This document shows, one piece after another, positions 56,557 to 64,000 of a stretch of 64,000 nucleotides of DNA. The notes beneath the pieces are model-generated. The model saw nothing but the letters and a program-made list of their open reading frames with translations. It was not told where the DNA came from and made no database searches. The DNA comes from Calditrichia bacterium (GTDB lineage Bacteria; Calditrichota; Calditrichia; RBG-13-44-9; J075): positions 13,845 to 77,844 of the forward strand of contig JBOEGD010000004.1 of assembly GCA_050633245.1 (NCBI GenBank), read 5' to 3'. Positions within the stretch are counted from its first letter, which is position 1. The number at the start of each line of letters is the position of its first letter. The position numbers and the translations under genes are program-made.

Positions 56557-57081
56557 ATGAATATTGGTGGTAAAATAAGACGATTGCGTAAGCGAAGAGG
56601 CCTTACGCTGGAAGAGCTCGCTGATCAAAGTGATCTTACCAAAGGATTCATTTCGCAGTTAGAACGCGATATGACCGATCCGTCTTTTTCCAATTTGAAA
56701 CGTGTTATTGAAGCACTCGGACTCGAGCTAACCTCGTTTTTCGGTGATCTGGAAGAAGCAGAGAAGAATTTGTTTCAGAAGAATGATCGAACTGAAATTG
56801 GGCAGGGTGAAGGACACACGTTTTTTTCTCTCACGCCGAAGCTGCGTTATTTGGAAATGGTTCCGAATCTGCTCGTTATTTCTCCGCAGATGCTTTACGA
56901 AACTCAGTATGCCGAAGATGAAGGTTTTGGATTCGTACACCGCGGAAAGGTACAAGTGGAAGTGGAGGGGGAAAAGAAAACGCTCTATCGAGGAGATTGC
57001 TTCTATCTTTTTTTTGATAATAAGCTGGTCGTTAGAAATATGAATGATAGACCGGCAGAAATATTAATGGTAAACTACTAG
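56557..57081 (+). CDS. XRE HTH + cupin transcriptional regulator (PuuR-like)
   Basis: [17 protein letters not shown]...[14 protein letters not shown]; C-terminal cupin (EGFGFV..G.V...L..GDCFY). Confidence 0.9.
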   Translation: MNIGGKIRRLRKRRGLTLEELADQSDLTKGFISQLERDMTDPSFSNLKRVIEALGLELTSFFGDLEEAEKNLFQKNDRTEIGQGEGHTFFSLTPKLRYLEMVPNLLVISPQMLYETQYAEDEGFGFVHRGKVQVEVEGEKKTLYRGDCFYLFFDNKLVVRNMNDRPAEILMVNY

Positions 57082-57098
57082 CACTGGAGGTATATGAA

Positions 57099-57485
57099 TT
57101 GAACAGTCTTGGAAGACATATTCTTGCAGAATTTTTTGATTGCGATAATGACCTTTTAAATGATGCTCAACACATAGAGATGTGTATGAAGCGTGCTGCT
57201 CTTGAATGTGGTGCTACAATTGTTAGCGCAACATTCCATGCGTTTAACCCTCATGGTGTCAGCGGGGTTGTTGTTATTGCTGAATCTCATCTTGCCATAC
57301 ATACCTGGCCAGAATATGGGTATGCAGCAGTCGATGTGTTCACATGTGGTGAAACGGTAGACCCTGCAGTTGCAACCGCTGCACTGAAAGAATACTTGAA
57401 AGCAGATAACGTAACCAGCGTTCAGATAAATCGAGGTGAACTCAAGTTGGATCGGGTTCTGCAGCACAAGCCTCAGTTTGCGTAA
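57099..57485 (+). CDS. speD: S-adenosylmethionine decarboxylase proenzyme (class 1B)
   Basis: [36 protein letters not shown] (ES self-cleavage site), DVFTCG; TTG start with GGAGG. Confidence 0.93.
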   Translation: MNSLGRHILAEFFDCDNDLLNDAQHIEMCMKRAALECGATIVSATFHAFNPHGVSGVVVIAESHLAIHTWPEYGYAAVDVFTCGETVDPAVATAALKEYLKADNVTSVQINRGELKLDRVLQHKPQFA

Positions 57486-57718
57486 ACATTTAAATTTTAT
57501 TCTCCCCGGGGACGAACCAATTCTCCCCGGTATGCCTAAGCCTGCCTCCCGTTACCGGTCATTTATTTCTACTCATAATTCGTGGCCGCAATACACATAC
57601 CCATTTTGAATTGCCCTGCACTCAGTTTACTTGTAAGATAGAACTTCAAAATGTATATTATTTCAAAAGCCCCGTTTTGAAAAGCCCTGTTTATAATAAA
57701 AATGCCGGAGAAGCCAAA

Positions 57719-58651
57719 ATGTCCTCACTTTTATTGAAAGCCCGTTTTACACCTGTTACATTGGTATTTGTATTCCTGTTATTATCAGCAGGCTCATCTC
57801 TGTTGGCTCAGAATAAGTCTGTCCTGGAAGAATATTTTGAGGGGAAGACGGTGGAGTTGAAAATAGATATGCCTGCTTCACAGCAAGGAGTTGATGTATA
57901 TCCCCGTAAGAACAAACCACTTGATTACTCAAAATATGCCTCCCGCTTAAAGAAACACGGAACGGCAATCTATGCCGGAGACAGAATAATTATTACCAAG
58001 TTAAAACCAAAAGGTAAGCACATTGAGTTTCAGCTCGGTGGCGGCGGATACGGCACGTTCGGTGATGACAGCGACCATGTCTCTGCGGAATATACTTCAA
58101 AGACCAAGCGCGAAAAGAATCTGGAAAAGGCGATAAAACGAGAAAGTAATTCCGACAAAAAACGCGAGATGAAAGAAGAACTGGATGATTTACGTAAAGA
58201 GCGGGAGCGGGAAAATGCTCGATTGCGGGCGCAAGCTGAAGAAACGCGCGTGCATAAAGAAGAGCAGGTGCGGCGAAAAGCTCTGGATAGCGGCTCTCGT
58301 TTTAACATTCGCATCGAAAAAGATCTGAGACCGGAAGACTTGACTCCGGAAAGTGTGATGCGAGCTTTAGCGGAGTACGTACGTTTTCCTGCAGAAACCT
58401 TTGGGGAGAATGTTAGTGATTCAGGTGCGCGTGAGCCGATGGTTGCCGATTCTCCCATTTCAATGAAGGGATTAAAAAAAGGCATGCTTTGGCGGGATGT
58501 TGCGATGCAATACGACATGCCTATTTCGTTCAAGCGTGTGGAAGTTGAGGGGACTAAGGTGGTTACCGCTGTTTTCCCGGATGGCGAAAATACGGTCACG
58601 GTAAAGTTCGTTGAAGGAGTTGTTGCGAGTTTTACTTTCGAGTCTCAATAA
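57719..58651 (+). CDS. secreted hypothetical protein with central charged coiled coil
   Basis: GGAG RBS before ATG 57719; signal peptide; HIEFQLGGGGYGTFGD, coiled coil, GSRFNIR. Confidence 0.7.
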   Translation: MSSLLLKARFTPVTLVFVFLLLSAGSSLLAQNKSVLEEYFEGKTVELKIDMPASQQGVDVYPRKNKPLDYSKYASRLKKHGTAIYAGDRIIITKLKPKGKHIEFQLGGGGYGTFGDDSDHVSAEYTSKTKREKNLEKAIKRESNSDKKREMKEELDDLRKERERENARLRAQAEETRVHKEEQVRRKALDSGSRFNIRIEKDLRPEDLTPESVMRALAEYVRFPAETFGENVSDSGAREPMVADSPISMKGLKKGMLWRDVAMQYDMPISFKRVEVEGTKVVTAVFPDGENTVTVKFVEGVVASFTFESQ

Positions 58652-58883
58652 CTACACCCCGGACAATTTGACTTCCGGGCTGGACCTTTTCGTCGCTGCG
58701 CTTCATGATTGCATAGCTATCGATCTTCTGGCAACAGGCGAACGGTAAATAGATGCTCGGCAGCTTTAACACCATCTGTGTACAAGACAGTGGCTGGATC
58801 AAACGTGTTTTTAACTTAGAGAGTATCTGAAGAATACAAATCTGCTGCCAGAATGATTTTATTTTGCATCCCCGAAATGGTCA

Positions 58884-59663
58884 TTAGAAAATCTTCAGTT
58901 CGCCTTCGGCCTTAGCCAGACAGGTATAAAAAGAATAGCCGCGCTCATTAAATTGACTCTTACGAAAAAGAACTTTTTTGACGAGACGTCTCAAGGCAAT
59001 TGAACGGATTTTCAATTCATTCACCAGATTCTTCTTTTTGCCCTGATTGCGGTACCAGTTAAACCGGATCGCCTCTGTTGCAGTATTACTGTGCTGTTCG
59101 GCGAGAATATTATAACCCTCGGATTTTAGCAGAAATTTAAACAGGGCAGGGGTGAAAATGTTAATATGGCCAAAGGAGAGAAACGTATTCACCTGCTTGT
59201 CAACAGTAAGTGAATAGTCCAGCGGTATTTCGAAAACCTGATACTCGCTGACGCGTTTGATCTCACGCAGCAATATGCGCGGGTGTTCGACATGCTCGAT
59301 CACATGAGAGCAATACACCATGTCGAATTCCTTATCGCCATATGGAATGTCATAGCCGGAGAATTTCCGGACTTCCTGCAGTCTGTCCAGATTGCGGCTT
59401 TTTATTTGATCGATGCCACTATCGGAAATCTCAGTTGCATATAGTTTTTCAAACGCACCGGAAGCATCGAGAAACTTCAAAATGCTTCCTTCACCGGCAC
59501 CGCATTCCATAACTTTTGAGAAATTCATATTCTTGCAGACATGCAGAATATTTTTAGCTTTATAGCTGGCGCTTAATTCTCGCCATTCGGTGGTGTTAGT
59601 ATCATACTGTTCGTCATACGCGGACTGAAGTGTTTGCGCGACGTCTACTATGGGGTTGTTCAT
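58884..59663 (-). CDS. class I SAM-dependent methyltransferase
   Basis: ECGAGEG motif I, EISD, FDMVYCSHVIEHV; AAGGAG RBS. Confidence 0.88.
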   Translation of the reverse strand: MNNPIVDVAQTLQSAYDEQYDTNTTEWRELSASYKAKNILHVCKNMNFSKVMECGAGEGSILKFLDASGAFEKLYATEISDSGIDQIKSRNLDRLQEVRKFSGYDIPYGDKEFDMVYCSHVIEHVEHPRILLREIKRVSEYQVFEIPLDYSLTVDKQVNTFLSFGHINIFTPALFKFLLKSEGYNILAEQHSNTATEAIRFNWYRNQGKKKNLVNELKIRSIALRRLVKKVLFRKSQFNERGYSFYTCLAKAEGELKIF

Positions 59664-59980
59664 TTAGAACTCCTTGAAAAATTCCCTTTTGGCAATGAAT
59701 AGCAGCGGATTGCGGACTGTTTCCAATTGGCTGTTGTTTTCAGTTGCGTTACTATTGACGCTATAAAAATGCATTGTCGTTTAAAGAATCCTCAAATATA
59801 AGTGCTTTTTTAGCAATAGTTCTGATATTCTTTAGTTGCGTTCGGGCATAAAAAGCCATATATCCTAAAGGATTTGGTGACCTGAGAGAAGGATATATGG
59901 TTGTGAAACCAGTAGTAGAAATTCTTAGGCAATTTTCGTATAAATCATGATTCGTAGATACTCTACAAGTCATTGAGCAT

Positions 59981-60019
59981 AAAAAAGGCCGGTTTTGAAT
60001 ATTCAGAACCGGCCTTTTT
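59981..60019. terminator. intrinsic (bidirectional-type) terminator after acnA
   Basis: aaaaaaggccggttttgaat-attcagaaccggccttttt. Confidence 0.8.
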
Positions 60020-60031
60020 AGTAAAACTATC

Positions 60032-62725
60032 TTACGCCTTAACCATCTGACGAAGAACGGTTTGTAGAATACCGCCGTTCATGTAATAATCTACTTCAAC
60101 TTCTGTGTCCAGACGAACCAACGCCTTGAAGGTAGTTACCTTGCCATCTTCGGCTGTTGCCGTAACCGTCAGGTGCTGGCGCGGGTCCAGGCCATCGCTA
60201 ATGCCTTCTATACTGAAAGACTCGGCACCACTCAGTCCAAGCGACGTATAGCCTTTGCCATCTGTGAACTCCAGCGGTAGAACACCCATTCCGATTAAGT
60301 TGCTTCGGTGAATGCGTTCGTAGCTTTCGGCAATAACTGCTTTTACCCCGAGGAGCAAGGTGCCTTTTGCTGCCCAATCGCGACTGGAGCCGGTCCCATA
60401 TTCCTTACCCGCTAAAATAACCAGTGAGGTTCCGCTTTCCTGATACTTCATGGAAGCGTCGTAGATGAACATCTGCTCTCCGGTTGGCAAGTATTTGGTG
60501 TAAGGACCTTCGACACCCGGGATAAGTTGATTTTTGATACGAATGTTGCCAAACGTTCCGCGCATCATCACCTCATGATTTCCACGCCGCGAACCATAAG
60601 AGTTGAACGATGCCCGTTCAACGCTCTTATCGACGAGATACTTCCCGGCCGGGCTATCTACCGCGATTGCGCCAGCAGGAGAGATGTGGTCTGTTGTAAC
60701 TGTATCACCCATCAATGCGAGAACGCGAGCATCCTTAATATCGGATGCTTTGCCAACTTCAAGTGCCATGCCGTCGAAAAATGGTGGTTTGCGAATATAG
60801 GTTGATTCTTCTTCCCAGTGATAGATTTCGCTTTTACCGTTCTTAAGTGACTGCCAGTCCGCATCACCTTCGTAGACCGAACCGTACTTATCTTTGAACA
60901 TTTCCGGACTGAGTGACGATTCAACTGCAGCGTCGATCTCGGCTTGTGTCGGCCAGATGTCGCGTAGATAGACCGGATTACCATCTTGGTCGTTACCGAG
61001 CGAATCGTTTTCAAAGTCGATGTGCACATCGCCGGCTAATGCGTAGGCCACGACGAGTGGGGGAGAGGCAAGGTAATTTGCACGAATGGCCGCATGGATT
61101 CTGCCTTCGAAGTTTCGATTACCGCTGAGCACAGCTGCAGCCACCAAATCGCCTTCTTTAATTCCGGCCTCAATCTCCTGAGGAAGCGGGCCGCTGTTTC
61201 CGATACAAGTGGTACAGCCAAAGCCAACCAAATTGAAACGCTGATCTTCCAGCGGTTTCATTAATCCGGCACGCTTCAGATACTCCGGCACAACCTGTGA
61301 GCCAGGTGCCAGACTTGTTTTTACCCACGGCTTGGTTTTAATACCTTTTGCCAGAGCCTTTTGAGCAACCAAACCGGCAGCAACCATTACCGATGGGTTA
61401 CTGGTGTTGGTACAGCTGGTGATGGCGGCGATTACGATTGAACCGTGCTTTAACTTGAAGTTCTCGCCATTGTAGCTAACGTCGACTTCTTGATCTTCTG
61501 GTGTGCTTATTTGAGCTTTGAACATCTCGTCCATGCTCTTCTTAAAACCAGCAGGCATGCCTTTAAGGGTAATGCGATCCTGCGGACGCTTTGGCCCGGC
61601 AAGGCTTGGAACAACCGTTCCCATGTCGAGGGTCAGGATACTGGTATATTCCGGATCGGGGGTATCGTCGGTGCGATAAATGCCCTGCGCCTTAGCATAC
61701 GCCTCGACCAGAGCAATTTGTTGATCATCACGACCCGTTAAGCGAAGATAGTCCAGCGTGCGGTTGTCAATTGGGAAAAAACCCATTGTTGCACCATATT
61801 CAGGTGACATGTTTGCAATCGTTGCCCGGTCTGCAAGCGCCAGCTCGTTCAGGCCGGTGCCAAAGTATTCCACAAATTTACCAACAACACCATGAGCACG
61901 CAGCATTTCAGTTACCCGTAGAACGAGGTCTGTGGCGGTTGCACCTTCCGGCAGTTTTCCAGTCAGCTTAAAACCGACTACTTCCGGTAGCAGCATATAA
62001 TATGGTTGTCCCAGCATGACCGCTTCGGCTTCAATTCCGCCAACGCCCCAGCCCAGAACACTCAGGCCATTTATCATCGTTGTGTGCGAATCGGTTCCAA
62101 CCAGCGTGTCGTGATAAGCGACAGTGTCACCATCTTCTTCAGATGTCATAATTACGTCCGCAAGATATTCCAGATTTACCTGGTGCACAATTCCGGTACC
62201 CGGCGGCACAACGCTGAAGTTCTTAAAACTTCCCTGAGCCCAGCGCATTACTGAATAGCGCTCTTTGTTGCGCTCATACTCTTTTTGCACATTAATAAGG
62301 TATGCGTCTTCGCGACCAAACTCGTCCACCTGAACGGAGTGGTCAATAACCAAGTCGGCACGAACAACAGGGTTGATTTTGGAAGGGTCGCCTTTAAAAT
62401 CGTTCATTGCATCTCGCATGACGGCAAGATCAACAACAGCGGGTACACCGGTAAAGTCCTGCAGAACAACTCTGGCCGGCATAAACGGCACTTCCTTTTG
62501 CGGAACATTTTTTGCCTCATAAGCCATGGTCGATTCTATATCTTCTTTCTTGACCAAACGACCATCTTCCTTGCGTAATACATTTTCCAGTAGCACCCTG
62601 ATGGAAACCGGTAATTTATGCAAGTTTACCCGATCGGCAATCTTTTGAAGGTTGTAAAACGTATAGGTTTTACCGCCAATTGAAAGCGTGTCGCGTGTAT
62701 TAAAACTGTTTTGGGAATTTGCCAT
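60032..62725 (-). CDS. acnA: aconitate hydratase A
   Basis: QDFTGVPAVVDLA, DHSVQVD, GTDSHT, AITSCTNTSNP, GCTTCIGNSG, TTDHISPAG, GSSRDWAAKG. Confidence 0.98.
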   Translation of the reverse strand: MANSQNSFNTRDTLSIGGKTYTFYNLQKIADRVNLHKLPVSIRVLLENVLRKEDGRLVKKEDIESTMAYEAKNVPQKEVPFMPARVVLQDFTGVPAVVDLAVMRDAMNDFKGDPSKINPVVRADLVIDHSVQVDEFGREDAYLINVQKEYERNKERYSVMRWAQGSFKNFSVVPPGTGIVHQVNLEYLADVIMTSEEDGDTVAYHDTLVGTDSHTTMINGLSVLGWGVGGIEAEAVMLGQPYYMLLPEVVGFKLTGKLPEGATATDLVLRVTEMLRAHGVVGKFVEYFGTGLNELALADRATIANMSPEYGATMGFFPIDNRTLDYLRLTGRDDQQIALVEAYAKAQGIYRTDDTPDPEYTSILTLDMGTVVPSLAGPKRPQDRITLKGMPAGFKKSMDEMFKAQISTPEDQEVDVSYNGENFKLKHGSIVIAAITSCTNTSNPSVMVAAGLVAQKALAKGIKTKPWVKTSLAPGSQVVPEYLKRAGLMKPLEDQRFNLVGFGCTTCIGNSGPLPQEIEAGIKEGDLVAAAVLSGNRNFEGRIHAAIRANYLASPPLVVAYALAGDVHIDFENDSLGNDQDGNPVYLRDIWPTQAEIDAAVESSLSPEMFKDKYGSVYEGDADWQSLKNGKSEIYHWEEESTYIRKPPFFDGMALEVGKASDIKDARVLALMGDTVTTDHISPAGAIAVDSPAGKYLVDKSVERASFNSYGSRRGNHEVMMRGTFGNIRIKNQLIPGVEGPYTKYLPTGEQMFIYDASMKYQESGTSLVILAGKEYGTGSSRDWAAKGTLLLGVKAVIAESYERIHRSNLIGMGVLPLEFTDGKGYTSLGLSGAESFSIEGISDGLDPRQHLTVTATAEDGKVTTFKALVRLDTEVEVDYYMNGGILQTVLRQMVKA

Positions 62726-62926
62726 AAGCGAGTCTCCTCTATAAGAAATGTTGAGTATCAGATAAACTTTATAGTCGGCCTCTAAGATAATAAATTCTAC
62801 TTCTAAATGTAATTCTTTTCGGAATTAGCAAGGCTGAGTAGCACTTCGTTGAATAAAAAGCTGCGTAACTTTTTTAAAGGATAATCGTTATCTCTTGCAG
62901 GAGGAGAAACAAGAAGGAGTAGGGCA

Positions 62927-63847
62927 ATGGTATGTGACGTAGATATGCAAAATGATCTGGATAAAGATACGATCAAGCTTCTCAGTGAAATCCTGGAAAT
63001 AACTATTGATGATGGGTTTTCCTTCGAAGGTTTGTCGAGTGACGTTTTACAAGAAAAGGCAAAGCAGAAGTCTGTTTTGGTTCTTCTCGGGCCGGGAATG
63101 CCCGGTGCAAACTGCGATAAAAGGTTAAGCGATTTATCATTCCTGAAATTCTTCCCCAATCTGCATCGTTTGATATTAAAGGGACATAAATTCAATAATC
63201 TTGATTCAATGCCAGCATTACCAAAGTTGGAATTGCTCGATCTAAGCTTCAATGAATTGTTGGATCTTGCCGGATTACCTGCATTGAATAGTCTTGAAAA
63301 ATTGACACTTTTTGGAAATCGGCTCGAAAACGTGTCTGGTATTGAATCGCTCTTGCAGCTACGCTTTTTGAACTGCAATAAAAATAACATTGGTAATCTA
63401 TTTCCGATAGCGTCGTTACAAAACCTCGAAACACTTCATATAAGCTGGAACCCATTGAGCTCTCTTGAAGGTTTGAAAGGGCTTACCAGTATAAAACAAT
63501 TACTCTGCATTGCCTGTGAATTGGAATCGCTTGAGGGAATTGAAAATATGTACGGGCTACGTGAGCTTTACTGCTGGGATAATTGTATTGCCAGCCTGGC
63601 ACCTGTTGAAACCTGCCAAACGCTAGAGAAAATACACTGCCACGAGAATCGCCTTACCACCCTGGAGCCATTGCGGCATCTAACGCTTTTGCGAGAGTTG
63701 CAGTGTCAGTCGAATAACATTGAAGATGCTTCAGCGCTAAGCCACTTGGAAAATCTTCAGGAGTTATGGTGTTGGAATAATCCGAGATCTGCAACTAAAC
63801 AGATGCAGGAACTCAGCCAGGTTAAAGTTTGCCGGAGCCAGTATTAG
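62927..63847 (+). CDS. leucine-rich repeat protein
   Basis: About nine 22-aa LxxLxxLxLxxNxLxxL repeats; no signal peptide or effector domain; AAGGAG RBS. Confidence 0.88.
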   Translation: MVCDVDMQNDLDKDTIKLLSEILEITIDDGFSFEGLSSDVLQEKAKQKSVLVLLGPGMPGANCDKRLSDLSFLKFFPNLHRLILKGHKFNNLDSMPALPKLELLDLSFNELLDLAGLPALNSLEKLTLFGNRLENVSGIESLLQLRFLNCNKNNIGNLFPIASLQNLETLHISWNPLSSLEGLKGLTSIKQLLCIACELESLEGIENMYGLRELYCWDNCIASLAPVETCQTLEKIHCHENRLTTLEPLRHLTLLRELQCQSNNIEDASALSHLENLQELWCWNNPRSATKQMQELSQVKVCRSQY

Positions 63848-64000
63848 CGATAGTTTATTCTGCATTGTTCATTTTCCTGGTTCCACCCGCTGCCGATTGC
63901 CTCTTGACTCTTTCTGGCATTAACCCCATATTCTGAAAGTTCAATGTTCAATGTTCAATTAGATTCAACAACAATGTCCGATTTCAATCGACCTAAAATC

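Noticed and set aside
57501-57560. GC-rich hairpin (ccgggga...tccccgg) after speD, considered as a tRNA or ncRNA
   Set aside because: No cloverleaf, T-loop or CCA. Most simply a 3' stabilising or terminating hairpin.
58700-58815. Minus-strand fragment reading VLYTDGVKAA, like the PP2C/SpoIIE LYTDG motif
   Set aside because: A single short motif bounded by stops with no other PP2C motif; could be chance.
59761-59973. 70-aa minus-strand ORF
   Set aside because: It starts right at the acnA terminator in an AT-rich spacer and has no RBS or motif.
62803-63390. 195-aa minus-strand ORF
   Set aside because: Antisense shadow of the LRR gene.

Overview
A 64-kb chromosomal stretch, about 45% GC by eye, from a diderm bacterium. 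Six secreted proteins end in 'YPNPFNP...YLYRL'-type FlgD-Ig/T9SS-like C-terminal domains, which suggests an FCB-group lineage such as Calditrichota/KSB1 (inference). I saw no rRNA, tRNA, CRISPR array, transposase or phage genes. 0.6-21 kb holds signalling genes (porin-like barrel + mini binding protein + kinase; ECF sigma/anti-sigma with a twin promoter; an OmpR/kinase pair) and secreted hydrolases. 21-40 kb is a phosphorus-acquisition region: orphan PstS, a TonB-dependent receptor with an internally duplicated beta-helix partner, PhoB/PhoR with 11-bp-phased Pho-box-like repeats, a phosphodiesterase, a second TBDT and PhoA. 40-48 kb holds the best candidate for an undescribed system: a POTRA-less Omp85 barrel, a lipoprotein with atypical protein-kinase motifs and a lipoprotein metallophosphoesterase, followed by a cNMP-binding protein, a sensor-less kinase and an output-less receiver. 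49-55 kb has a FadI/FadJ-like pair that has lost thiolase and hydratase catalytic residues. The end carries an XRE-cupin/speD pair, acnA and an LRR protein. Two small ORFs below the ORF-track cutoff (43 aa lipoprotein-like; 34 aa very basic) were found by reading the sequence. All family assignments come from motif recognition only; no searches were run.
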